Assembly: GCA_951406725.2 (NCBI GenBank)
Contig: OX597816.1
Location: 52,638,001-52,702,000, forward strand
Reading direction: 5' to 3'
DNA: 64,000 nt
Source: Octopus vulgaris
Lineage: Eukaryota
The notes beneath the pieces are model-generated. The model had not been told where the DNA came from. It saw only the letters and a program-made list of their open reading frames with translations, and did not search any database. Numbering within the stretch: position 1 is the first letter of the stretch; each line of letters opens with the position of its first letter. Below are positions 1 to 12,213 of the stretch, in pieces. The translations under genes and the position numbers were made by a program.

Positions 1-102
1 AAAAAACTAATAAGTACTGGGGTTGATCCATTCACCTAAAATTTCTTCAAAGCAATGCCCCAGCATGGCCACAGTCAGATGACTGGAACAAGTAAAAGAT
101 AA
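1..102 (+). mobile_element. SINE family A, 3' end fragment
   Basis: ccccagcatggccacagtcagatgactggaacaagtaaaaga matches the 3' tail of the many family A copies in the window. Confidence 0.7.
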
Positions 103-754
103 ATGATGGAAGATATATGATAATGTCTGAAAAAGTCATTGCAGGTCCTTTATGTGAATTTGGGTCTCCCATAAGCTTTAATGCACTTAAATGGGGTTTT
201 TTTTAAAAATATATTCTGCTGAAATTGGGAGGCATCTAATATGACCAAGCATCTTTTATACCACCAAATGCAGTAGTTTCCTTGGTTCTATCAAACTGAT
301 GACTGCCACACTACCACCACCAACACCACTGCACCCGGCACCCAGGTACATTGCTTGACTTTTAGAGGTCCCCTACAACTTTTTGTTTCGAGGCTCCATC
401 CCTTCAATCAAAATTCATAATCTACACACCTTTAATTCATAGCTATACTTTACTTTATTCTATCTGCAGTACAATATTTCATGCTATCCTAAAGAACATA
501 TTTAGGTAGGGATGTTTGTGGAACAATGCAATATTTTTACAAGAACTTTTATAGGTACAGTGTATTACCATTTTATTTCTTGAAATTCTCAGGTAACATA
601 GGTAGTTTAATTCTTGTACCTTAACCAAAGTAAATAAGATGACTCATCTACATGCTTTGATTTTTACATGGGGCCTCTCAACTGCATAGGCCTCCTGTGA
701 CTGCAGCGGTTTCAGGGGCTTAGCGACAGCCCTGCTGACACCATCACCATCACC

Positions 755-920
755 ACATCTATTAAATCTCTCTCAAATCATACCCCACTACTTCAAGAAA
801 GAAAATAATACATTCAGTAATGTAACTAGAGAAACATGTCTGAAAAAAGAGAACAAGATGGCCATAATTGGAAGACTTTTGATTAAATCTGCTCAATGAG
901 AGAAAATTAACCACAAATCA
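755..920 (+). mobile_element. Old SINE-like repeat (family F) remnant
   Basis: aaatctctctcaaatcataccc...gatggccataattggaag...ctgctcaat resembles degenerate copies near 12500, 16500, 35440 and (minus) 43090. Confidence 0.4.
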
Positions 921-1088
921 GCATTAAAGAATTCCTAATTAATTCTGGAGTTCTGATAATTAAGTGAGAAAGCAACATACTTTTTTACATACTTTCAATG
1001 ATTAAATAAAGTTTGAAAAGATTATTTCATCAAAAGAATTGTTAAAATCTTGATTAAAAAATTTCTAAAACAAAATCCTTGCATTTAC

Positions 1089-1249
1089 CTTCAGTGACAA
1101 ATCTGACAACAACTGGTTTTTCACTGCCAGCAACAAAGCCAAACCCTCTGTGAGGGTCTCTTGACAAAGTGACGTCTCTGGGTTGAGGAGGCTCAATGTA
1201 ATCAACATCTTCTCTTGGATCAGCTCTTGTTGTGTAACGTTCGATGTGG
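1089..1249 (-). CDS. FRMPD4: Internal exon of FERM and PDZ domain-containing protein 4-like gene (WW C-terminus plus PDZ N-terminus)
   Basis: Acceptor ttttatcttccag| and donor G|gtaaat; 161 nt, phase 2 in and phase 1 out. Encodes HIERYTTRADPR...[24 protein letters not shown], matching the FRMPD4 motif [24 protein letters not shown] as I recall it. Confidence 0.92.
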
Positions 1250-1421
1250 CTGGAAGATAAAACCAAAATAATATTTGGGTTACATGTCTTAAAGTTATTA
1301 TACAGTTAATTAAACTAATTGCTGAAATACTTCAACTCTCGGGAGAGTTGTGCTTTGGGAGGGTCATTGCACCAGTTATAATAAACACACACACATTATT
1401 TCTTATATTATTGTTTATCAT

Positions 1422-1630
1422 AAGGTGATGAACAGGCAGAATCATTAGCAAAATGTTCAGCAGCATTTTGTTGACCTTCATGTTCTGAGTTCAAATTCTG
1501 TCAAGGTTGACTTTGCCTTTCATCCTTCAGGGTCGATAAAATAAGTACCAGTTGAACACAGGAGTTGATCTAATCAATTTACCCATCCCCTGAAATTGCT
1601 GGCCTTGTGCCAAAATTTGAAATCATTATT
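1422..1630 (+). mobile_element. SINE family B, older subfamily
   Basis: ggcagaatcattagc...gagttcaaattc (B box)...gcctttcatccttcagggtcgataaaataagtacc core; tail ggccttgtgccaaaatttgaaa followed by (ATT)n. Confidence 0.75.
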
Positions 1631-1960
1631 ATTATTACCTCTATCTTAGCAAAGGCAGAGGTACTGTTTTCAGTTATGTTTGTTTTTTTGCTTGTTTTTT
1701 GTCTGTGGACAAGATATCTCAAGAACTGCTGGATGGATTTGGATGAAACTTTCAGGGATGTTTGGTCTTGTAACTGGCACAAACTGATTAGATTTTGGGA
1801 TTGATCCAATACTGGACAAGTATTCTGAATTATTTGCTCTATTTACTTTACATGAAATATTACAAGATATTCTCATTTTAAAAATCATCTCCAGCTAATC
1901 ATTGAGAGGACGTTGGTGTTGCCTTGGCAGAGATTTGCACTCTCTAAGGACTCATTATTA

Positions 1961-2001
<41 letters not shown>

Positions 2002-2364
2002 GGTGTAATGATTTTCCCAAGACACAGAATTTGTTTCAACACACAAATTTATGCCAAGAATCTTGCAAGCTAAATACAAAAGCAAAATGAAATGCATCAA
2101 TATATTATTCAAACAATTCATTTCTAATAAATCAGGGCATCACGAAGTGAAGGATAATGTTTTAAGGAGGAATTTTCCTTTTCATTCTTTTTTCTTTCTT
2201 TTCTTTAAATAACAAAGGTGCAAGCCATATAATTAAGAAATTCATTTAATGAACACGTGCATCCAGATTCAATCCTACAGCATGGTACACTGGCCAAATG
2301 TTTTCCCTTGTAGCCTCAGATTAGATAACATTTGTGAATGAGATTTTGTAGACAAAGACATGTC

Positions 2365-2735
<371 letters not shown>

Positions 2736-2741
2736 ACATGA

Positions 2742-2972
2742 AGGCGGTGAGATGGCAGAAACGTTAGCATGCCAGGCAAAATGCATAGCCGCATTTCGTC
2801 TGCCGTTACATTCTTAGTTCAAATTCCGCTGAGGTCGACTTTGCCTTTCATCCTTTCGGGGTCGATAAATAAAGTACCAGTTACGCACTGGGGTCGATGT
2901 AATCGACTTAATCCCTTTGTCTGTCCTTGTTTGTCCCCTCTGTGTGTAGCCCCTTGTGGACAATAAAGAAAT
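2742..2972 (+). mobile_element. SINE family B, full length
   Basis: tRNA-like head ggcggtgagatggcagaaacgttagc...gttcaaattcc; core gcctttcatcctttcggggtcgataaa; tail aataaagaaata. Confidence 0.85.
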
Positions 2973-3051
2973 ATATATATATATAGAAACATTATTTCTA
3001 AATCTCTCAAAGAGAGATATTCAATAACAGTTCTTTAAAATAAAGACTATT

Positions 3052-3473
3052 TGGCAACATAATGTGGCTGTCCTGGATGGGATGATTGTTACTGCTGTTT
3101 AGCCCCAAGAAACATCGTTTCCAGCAGGCTATATGACACAGATATTGTGTCATATAGCCAGATGGAAACAATGTTGCCTGGGGCTAACAATGACAATTAA
3201 TACTGTTACTGTTGCTTCGCTCTCTGGCCAGATTGGAGCAATCTCGAGTATAAGAAGCTGAAATTGCAAAGATAATGTGGAACTCGACCGAGGATAGAAA
3301 ACTCCAAATGACCCATCCTTGTTTTCCTCGTATTGTCTGACTGGATGTTTTGTTGTCCCTTTTTTGTATCATCTATCTGTTTAGATGTTTTGTATTCTTG
3401 TCCCTTTTTGTAAGATTAAAAGCATTTCAGCTGTGGCTGCTTTGTCACTTGAGTAATTATAATTTCATTGACA
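3052..3473 (+). mobile_element. Putative solo-LTR-like element containing a long hairpin
   Basis: Termini TGGCAA...TTGACA, TATA-like tataagaa and attaaa; 5' part resembles the sequence from about 58013. No clear TSD. Confidence 0.35.
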
Positions 3474-4361
3474 AATGTACACTTCAGTGACAATGTACAC
3501 TTCATTGTCTGTTTTTTTTTTTTCTATTGCTAAAGCAGAATGAAATCAGAAGATTTGACTGCTATTTCTTGCAATTTTTATGTAACTATGCAAAAACTCA
3601 CTTATTAGTTAGCCACTATTGGTAAATCTAGATAGCAATAAACTGAGATCTAAAATCACAACAACAGCGAAGTTTGAAGTCTGATATAAATGGTTTCGTA
3701 GTTGAAAACAACAGGTTCAACTATAAATTTTGCTATTATAAATTTGGGGAAACTTCACAGGTTTGGTAAATACCATGATGAATAACAACAGTGTAAACTG
3801 ATACACACATTATTGCCACTGGTCTCTTTTACTAACAAATATTTTATTGTTTTATTCAAAAAAACAAAAGACAATCAATTTCCTTTGTAATGGCCCCTCA
3901 TTTGCAATTTTATGTGTTTGTCTGAAACAATAATTTGTAGTTTTCTGCCAAGTATTCAGACCATAAATACATTTGTATTCGTATCAATTACAATGTAGAA
4001 TTACTTTTAGTATTTCTTTAGTGTCTATAGACAGATATTCTTTTGGTTTTGGATCAGGTAAAAACCTGCCGCAGTATTGTCCATACCAATTGTAAACAGT
4101 AAGTAATTATAATATTTTGTTTCCTGAAAGTTTTTACATTTTAAAAAATTATTTTGTTTCATTTTTTCTTTCTGTTTTTTTTTTTGTTTTTTTGGGATGG
4201 ATAAATTTATGATGAAAGTGAAGATAGAAGTCTACATTAGCATTGAATACAGGATGTTAAAAGTAATACATGCATTAACAGTACATGTTTAACCCAGAAA
4301 CAGGTGACAAAAGCATGGCGAGACATACCAGATTTCATTAAAAAAAATGTTTGCCTTAGGT

Positions 4362-5250
4362 TCAGGCATGGTTGTGTGGTAAGAAGTTTGCTTTGTAATC
4401 ACATGGTTCCAGTTTCAATACCACTGCATGGCACTTTGGGCAAATAAGTCTTCTACTATAACCTTAAGCTGACCAAAGCCTTGTGAGTGGATTTGGTAGA
4501 CAGAAACTGAAAGAGGCCCATCGTATATGTGTTTATGTCTGTGTTTGTCTTGCACTACCATTTGACAACTGCTGTCTTCTTCCAATCAGGACTCACGCCA
4601 TTAGCCACAAAGAATAACCTCTAATTCGAGCCTACTCTATGCTACTAAGAATGCGTGTGGCAACTTGAAGATCCAGCCACCACACGTGATAGACTGGCGG
4701 TTGCACGGGTGCAAAAGCTACATTGTTATCCTCATTCCGTAAATGGTGGCTTTTAACAGGTGGAGAGCTGAACCATCCTGGGGTACAGAGGATTCGCAAT
4801 CTAGACTAGGGTCTGAAAGATTACCACACCATAGTGGGTTACACCATAGTTCCTCTGCTTTGTGGCAGAAGTAGAAAGAAAGAGTGAGAGAAAGTTGTGG
4901 TGAAAGAGTACAGCGGGGTTCACTCCCACCCCTGCCAGAGCCTCATGGAGCTCAGGTGTTTTTGCTCAATAAACACTTGCAATGCACGGTCTGAGAATCT
5001 AAACTGCGTTCTTATAACCGTGAGTTCGCTGCTCTAACCACTGGGCCATTGTGCCTCCACACAACGGCTGTTGGTGTGTTTACATTGCCCACAATTTAAC
5101 AGCTTGGCAAACAAGATCGATTGAATAAGTACCAGACTTCAAAAATAAATAAATACATAAGTACTGGAATCGATTTATTTGATTAAAAATTCTTCGAGGC
5201 AGTGCCCCAGCATGGCTACAGTCAAATGGCTGAAACAAGTAAAAGATAAT
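4362..5250 (+). mobile_element. SINE family A (older), interrupted by SINE family D
   Basis: Head ggcatggttgtgtggtaagaagtttgc, body ccttgtgagtggatttggtagac, tail ctgaaacaagtaaaaga. Confidence 0.8.
4576..5060 (-). mobile_element. SINE family D (tRNA head, GAA-type tail) nested in family A
   Basis: Minus strand starts gtggaggcacaatggcccagtggttagagc (A box); flanked by acaactgctgt (4565) and acaacggctgt (5061), an 11-bp TSD with one mismatch. Confidence 0.7.
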
Positions 5251-5639
5251 AATTTAGAATAGGAAGAGCTAAAACAAATATTGCTGGACATGTTTTTTCT
5301 TTTTTATCTTCTAGTTAGGAGGAGAAGCAGTGCTCTCAACAGTTCACAGGGCCTCTCAGATAATGAGTGGGAGGGAGGGAGGGTGGAAGATATATTCAAA
5401 CCAGTGGTCTAACCCAAATGGTTGCAACAAAGTGGAGTCCACTAAAGGAACACACGGTGCTAAATAGTAACAGATTAAGTCTAGCAGCCTAGCATGCCAT
5501 GGTGGAATTTGAACTCAGAACCCAAAGAACCAAAATTGATACCAGAAAAAAGCCACTAGTTTGAATTGGTACTTCTTTTATTGACCCTCAAAGGATGAAA
5601 TGCAAAGCTGACCTCAGTGAGATTTAAATTCAGAGTACT

Positions 5640-6403
5640 TATCTTTTATGTTTTACATGTTTCATATTTCTTTATTGCCCACAAGGGGCTAAACATAGAG
5701 GGGACAAACAAGGACAGACAAAGAGATTAAGTCGATTACATCGACTCCAGTGTGTAACTGGTACTTATTTAATCGACCCTGAAAGGATGAAAGGCAAAGT
5801 CGACCTCGGCGGAATTTGAACTCAGAACGTAGCGACAGGCAAAATACCAATTTCTTTACTACCCACAAGGGGCTAAACACAGAGAGGGCAAACAAGGACA
5901 GACAAACGGATTAAGTCAATTATATCGACTCCAGTGCATAACTGGTACTTATTTAATAGACCCTGAAAGGATGAAAGGCAAAGTCGACCTCGGAGGAATT
6001 TGAACTCAGAATGTAGCGGCAGACAAAATACCGCTAAGCATTTTGCCATACTCGGGCATCACCTTGAAGAATTTTAGTCAAAAGATTGAATCCCAGTATT
6101 TATCTTTTTTTAAACCTGGTATTTATTCTATCAGTCTTTTTTTGCCAAACTGCTAAGTTACATGGACGTAAACACACCAATACCAGTTTCAAGAGGTGGT
6201 GGAGAACAAAGACAGACACAAAGACACACACACACACACATATGTGAAGGTTGGCTTTCAATTTTGATCCACCAAATCCACTCAAGGTTTTCCATCAGCC
6301 CAGGTCTATAGCAGAAGACACTTGCGCAAGGTTCCACACAGTGGAACTGAACTTGAAACCATGTGAGTGGGGAGCAAACTACTTAACCCCACATCCACAC
6401 CTG
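5640..6403 (-). mobile_element. SINE family A containing a dimeric family B SINE (5665-6048)
   Basis: Family A tail split at 5665 and resumed near 6049; two tandem family B units in between. Confidence 0.75.
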
Positions 6404-6761
6404 AACACAGAGTGCTTGTTATCAGAATAAATACCACAAGGTATTCAATCTGATCTCATATGCTAAAGACTCTGCCAAAACCCCACCCTAGATTGCTTAC
6501 TAAATTCTATCAAAATGAAAGGATGGAAAGCAAATTCAAAACGCAAAGATGAAACATAGACTAACCGTATTAAGAGAAACCAGCTGAAAAAAAAACTGCT
6601 TGTGCTACAAGCCCACAAAGAAGCCTATATATAGTTACCCAGCCTGCTAGAAATAATAAGTAGATTTGGTGATTTATGACTAACATCATACACATCCACA
6701 TTCCTGAATTCCAATTTAACATCTCACCTAGGGCAGATCTTATTGTAATAAATACTAATGG

Positions 6762-6910
6762 TTATGGTGATGGTTGTGATGATGGTGATGATGATGATGA
6801 TGATGATGATGGTGACGACAAAGACGATGATGATGATGATGATGATGAAGATGACTAAACGTGGTAATGGTGGTGTTGATGGTGATGATGACAACGACAA
6901 CGACGGAAGA
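6762..6910. repeat. (GAT/GGT/GAC)n trinucleotide repeat
   Basis: Directly visible. Confidence 0.9.
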
Positions 6911-7084
6911 TAGGCATCTGATGTGAAGGGGATTAATTATGGTTCATTATAGTTAATTAGTTATAGTTTTCAAAAGTGAACACGAAGATAACTTCAGAAT
7001 TTGAAACACTTAAAAATTAATTTAAAATTAAGAGAAGCAAACAGTGGGAAGAAGAGAATCTGAATTAGGCATGTACAGGGATAA

Positions 7085-7124
7085 CTCCAGGCATGTTTCA
7101 GTCTTATTAGACTTCTTCAGTGAG
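7085..7124 (-). ncRNA. Minimal hammerhead ribozyme motif (U16.1 mutated)
   Basis: ctca CTGAAGA AGTCT-aata-AGACT GAAA CATG CC tggag. Confidence 0.6.
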
Positions 7125-7215
7125 ACATAGTTTATCCATACTTGGTAGATCTTGAGATAACTAAGAAAATATATAGTATTTTAGTGAAACAACAGTTTGT
7201 TTTTGGCAAGATTAA

Positions 7216-7451
7216 CCCTTTAGCATTTAAACAGGTCATATCTGGCCCAAATGAATATGCTACCTATTTTAAGCTCAAACTGGCCATATCTGGCCTCTCA
7301 CTCACACCTTCCCTACAATGTCACTCTAAAAATAAACAATCATATCATTGCAATCTATTTGGTAGAAGATAATACATGATTAATTCAAGACAATGTGAAT
7401 GAATAAATAAATAATTATTACATTTGACAGTGTAATCTGAATGTTAAAGGG
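7216..7451. mobile_element. piggyBac-like MITE
   Basis: TTAA|CCCTTTAGCATT ... AATGTTAAAGGG|ATAA (11/12 TIR match, TTAA-type target); further copies at 19185-22058 and 54946-55805. Confidence 0.75.
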
Positions 7452-9038
7452 ATAAAGGATGAAAAGGAAGGGGAATTACCCTAGGGATCACCTTCAGCAT
7501 AGAAAACAAATAGTTAAGTGTATGTTGCACTAATACAACAAGCCAAAATATCTGTGATATCTAATGCAGTAAGCAGGAAAAAAAATTCATGATTTAATTC
7601 TGAAAAATTATATTTAATCTTGATAATAAACTAACACGGTTATTTAATAATTCTTAATCTTTCCTTTTTTACTAGATATTATGATATCCTTCAGTTTGTC
7701 TCTTCTTCCCTCACTGCCTGTGTATTTGTGTGTGTGTGTGTGTTTTCTTTCAATTTGACATATTAGTATAAAGTAATACATTTAGATGAGTAAACATGTG
7801 TTGCTTGGTTGTTATATTGATAAATGCAGTGCCTTTATCAATATAATTTTTGTCAACACTTATTCATTTTACTTCATACATTTATATATATAAAACTGAA
7901 GAGTAATAAGCATGTATCTGAATTCCTGAAGCAATCTATAATATGAATTTCAAAATTTATGTGAAGAAAGTCAGATGTTTAAGAGTTTCTAAGTATTTTC
8001 CACATCTTAAGCATATTTTGTTCCATAAAAAAGTAAATGGAATAATATTAGCTGAATTTGGTGCACTGCCAAAAGTACAACACATAGAATATAATTTTAG
8101 CCAGTCAGCAAATATCGAAATTTATTGCTTTAATCTGTAATAAATACTTTCACCTGTTATAAATTTCTGATGATTTGCTTTCTAAAAGTGGATATATAAA
8201 GACATATATTACACTCTACGTGATTTTGTTTGTTTTAAGCATCTTACAGCATAAAGAAGTTTATGCCTGAAGAATAGTTAATAACAAGCAGGATAATAAG
8301 AGATGATTTTTCACAGAAATGGGGAAATACATTATCTCAGTAATTGTTTCTCCTACTCACGTTTCAAAAGCAACATACAAAATCGCCTTGGGGATTGACT
8401 GACTATCTTGCAGATAGCAGAACAATGGTGCAATATTTATTGCATTATTTATTGTAAACCAAGTCTCAGTTACGTTCTCCGCTTTCACGCCTGTCTTTTT
8501 ATGCTACCAGAAATTATTATGTTTATTCTTGCGGTATTTTAGTCTCAGCTTTGCAGTTTATTTTGACATGATTTGTTTTTCAGTCAATTGAAATTAACAA
8601 TGTATCAATGCTGAAATATCAGGTCACAACAAGTTGTTCCAGAGAAAAATCTAGCTACTGTATCAGTAATAGTTGAATGGTTTAATGGTGTAGGAATATT
8701 CATTAACTGTAAAACTGAAGACGACTCGATTACATAAAATATATTGATATTCCTTTACAATAATTTCCTCTATCAGTCTCAACACTTTCATTAGTTTAAA
8801 TAATATCAGTGAAGGTTTCTCTCCCTAACGGTTACAGCCTATTTTATAATATAAAACACATCTACAATAGTTAACCACTTAAATTTCATTATTCACCCTC
8901 TATAAGAACTCATGAAATTTAGTTTTTTGCTCTAATATTTCACTATTCCAAGCTATTGCAAAATCTTCATCCAGCCATCAATTAAATATATATTAAATCA
9001 ATGTGAAATTATCTAAAACTTGATCTATTACACTTCTA

Positions 9039-9927
9039 CAGGGTGTTCCAGAAGTCTTGGGCACATTTCAAGTCTTCATATCTGCTGGACTATGATTGGT
9101 AGTAAGATGAAACTGGTACTATTTTAAAGCTAAATTCACTAAGTTTTTTTGTAATGCTAATAATTTTTTCATATTTTTTCAGATCCAGTAATGACGTTCA
9201 CTCAACCAGAAAAGGCGTTTTGCGTCCTTGAATTTGCAAATACTGAATCATGTTCAACGTGCATTTTGCACAAAATTCCGAAAAGAGGCACCAGAAAGAA
9301 AGTCCACATTGAGATGGCATGGTAAATTCATGAAGGATGGGTGTTTGTGCCCAGCTAAGAGAACGAGACGCCCCTCAACTTCAGATGATACGGTTGGGTG
9401 AGTTCGAACTGCCTTCGAGCGGAGCCCCCGTAAATCAATCAGAAGAGCCAGTAGGAGCTTCATTTTCCAACAGGATGAGGTGTCACCACACTGGAACCTC
9501 AGACAGTATCTGAACATAACACTGCCAGAGAGATGGATTGGATGGTCTAGGCGAGATGATTGCATTCTCATGCGCTGGCCTCCCAGGTCTCCAGATCTCA
9601 CACCCTGCGGTTTCTTTTTGTGGGGTTTGTGAAAGGACTGGTCTATGTGCCTCCACTTTCAAAAGATGTGGATGAACTGAAGGCCCAAATAACAAAAGCT
9701 GTTACAACAATCGACAACGCAATGCTCGAATGCGTTTGGCAAAAATTGGACTATCGGCTTGATGTGTGCCATGTGACTAATGGTACTCACATTGAACATC
9801 TTTGAACATTCCATAAAAAAAACTTGAAATTGCAGGCTTTCAGAATACATCTGATGCGTTTTTATGTCCTTAATAGTTTTCAAGATATTCAATGTCAAAA
9901 TGTGCCCAAGATTTCTGGAACGACCTG
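9039..9927 (+). mobile_element. Internally deleted Tc1/mariner transposon (rosa/DD41D-like)
   Basis: TA TSDs; 30-bp TIRs CAGGGTGTTCCAGAAGTCTTGGGCACATTT; broken transposase with an N-terminal HTH-like segment, then FQQD...RWIG...WPPRSPDLTPC(G)FFLWG. Confidence 0.9.
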
Positions 9928-11029
9928 TATTTTAGACATGCCAGTCTAACTTACAATATCATTATAAATATATTCATTGTTGAATAGTTTCCAGACAGAC
10001 AAGATACATAATTAGCAGCAGCATTAAAGCAATGAATGGATTATGTATCAGGGTATTTGTTCTGATTCTCTATGCTCAAATCAAATCCTGCTTTCACCAC
10101 AGAGCCATGCTTGCTTGCATGTATATCAATTGCAATAGCTTTCTTTCAGAAGTGTTCATTAAAAATCTACCTAGTGAATACTTGTAATACTAACATAACA
10201 TTTAGTTTCTATGTTACTTTGATATTAATGCCATCACCACTGTTAGCACCACTAGCAAAAGAGTCAATAAACCTAAAACTAAACCAATAATGACTATCCA
10301 CACACGCACACACATATATAGTTGACTGTTTCAAAATGTTTTGCTGCTTCCAATATCTGTTTCCCTAGCATATTAGTTTTCCACGTAATGTCATGTATAA
10401 TTTGAAATTATAAGCCTTTCACCTGGATTAATAAATACTGTTATCAAAAACAAAACAGTAAAGTATTAATTCTGCTTCCAGAAATCCTTTTAATTCTAAC
10501 AGAAAAAAATGAAGAATTTAATATTTATGAAATCATGTTTTCTTAATCAAAGCATTCAGCTTAACGAGGATAAAATCATTGAATTATCGGAGAAGAAAGT
10601 TGGAAGGCCAAATTCAAGGCTACTTAGATTCTTTGACAGACTGAGAATATAGTTACAAAAGAATTAACAGATATTGATAAATGACTACTGTTTCACTTCT
10701 TTTCAGAACTGAAACTATAGTCAATGGGAGTTTTATCAAAATTCCAAAGGGCATGACACAAACAAAAGAAATGTATTATTTTTATTTGAGAATAATGGCT
10801 TAAATGAATTGTACAAAGCCATTTCCTGTGTAACTTAATTCAATTAATTTAAATTCACTCTTTCTTTGTTATTTCTGCCGGAGACTAAAAAATTGTTTCT
10901 CACCTAAAGAAATGTAGTCATCTTACTTTTATAACTAATTTTATTTTACATTTGGATATTTTTGTCAAATCCAGAGAAATAAGTGCTGCAAAGATAACAT
11001 TTGTACCTAAACATCAATTTTATATTCTT

Positions 11030-11254
11030 TTATTCTTTTACTTGTTTCAGTCATTTGACTGGGGCCATGCTGGAGCACCACATTTAGTCGGACAAATCGA
11101 CCCCAGGACTTATTCTTTGTAAGCCTAGTACTTATTCTATTGGTCTCTTTTTGCCAAACCACTAAGTGACGGGAATGTAATCACACCAACATTGGTTGTC
11201 AAGCGATGGTGGGGGGACAAACACGCACAAATAACAAATACATACATACACACG

Positions 11255-11287
<33 letters not shown>

Positions 11288-12179
11288 CATCCTTTCTGTT
11301 TTTCTCTCCCACCCTTCCCTATTCTTCTCCTCTCCCCTTCACCGTTCCCTCTCTCTTACTCCTCCTCCTCCTCAACTCTCTCATCACTGTCATATGGTCA
11401 GAGGGAAGCCATGTTTCCAACTGCTATCTTCACCAAGACCAGGCCGCTTATCCTGTCTCTCTCATAAGCTGTCTCCTCAAGCATTCAGAATAATTTTTCC
11501 ATCATCTTGGCTTAACAACCCTCATCGTTTGTTTTTACTGTGTTATTCTCTTTGTTCTGTCTTTTACTCTTTCTACTTTTATTGGTTTAACTGTCTTGTT
11601 TTGTTCTTACTGTCCTGTTCTTGTTACTCCTCCACAAAAAATCCCAAATATTATTTAATTTGCTTTGCGGGAAGGACTGTTTCAATGAAGTCGCGTCTTG
11701 TCCTTACCTTCGAAATGCAGAGTAGACGAAACAAGGATAACTGAAGAAAGGGAATCTTCCTTGTGTTGTATATCTTGTACTCTGTTTTTTCATTGTTTGA
11801 AAAAAAAGTTCATTTCCATGTTTTCATTTCACATTGTGTTCAACGTTTTTTTGATGTCCTGTACCCATATATACATGTATATATACATATAGATGTAGGT
11901 ATGTACATATATGTATGTAAATATGCATATATTTATATATTATTCATATATATATATCTTATATTAAACTTTTTAATAAAAAAAGATAAATAAAAATAAA
12001 AATAAAAATAAAAATTTATAAATATAAATTAATAATTTTAATTTTAAATCTAAATAATTTAAATTTTAAATTTTATATTTTATATATTTTGTATATTATA
12101 TTAATTATTTTTATTTTTATGTTTTGATTTATGTTTTTCACTGTTTGATTTGCCTAATAGTGGTTTTATCTCTAATTTA

Positions 12180-12213
<34 letters not shown>

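Noticed and set aside
330-735. Possible MITE ending in ttagcgacagccctg
   Set aside because: No matching left TIR or TSD found
1054-1266. 70-aa ORF as a complete gene
   Set aside because: Only 1089-1249 lies between splice sites; the MVLSS start and KCKDF end are intronic read-through
4022-4088. Plus-strand exon-like segment ending in GTAAGT
   Set aside because: All three frames hit a stop before the donor; no recognisable homology
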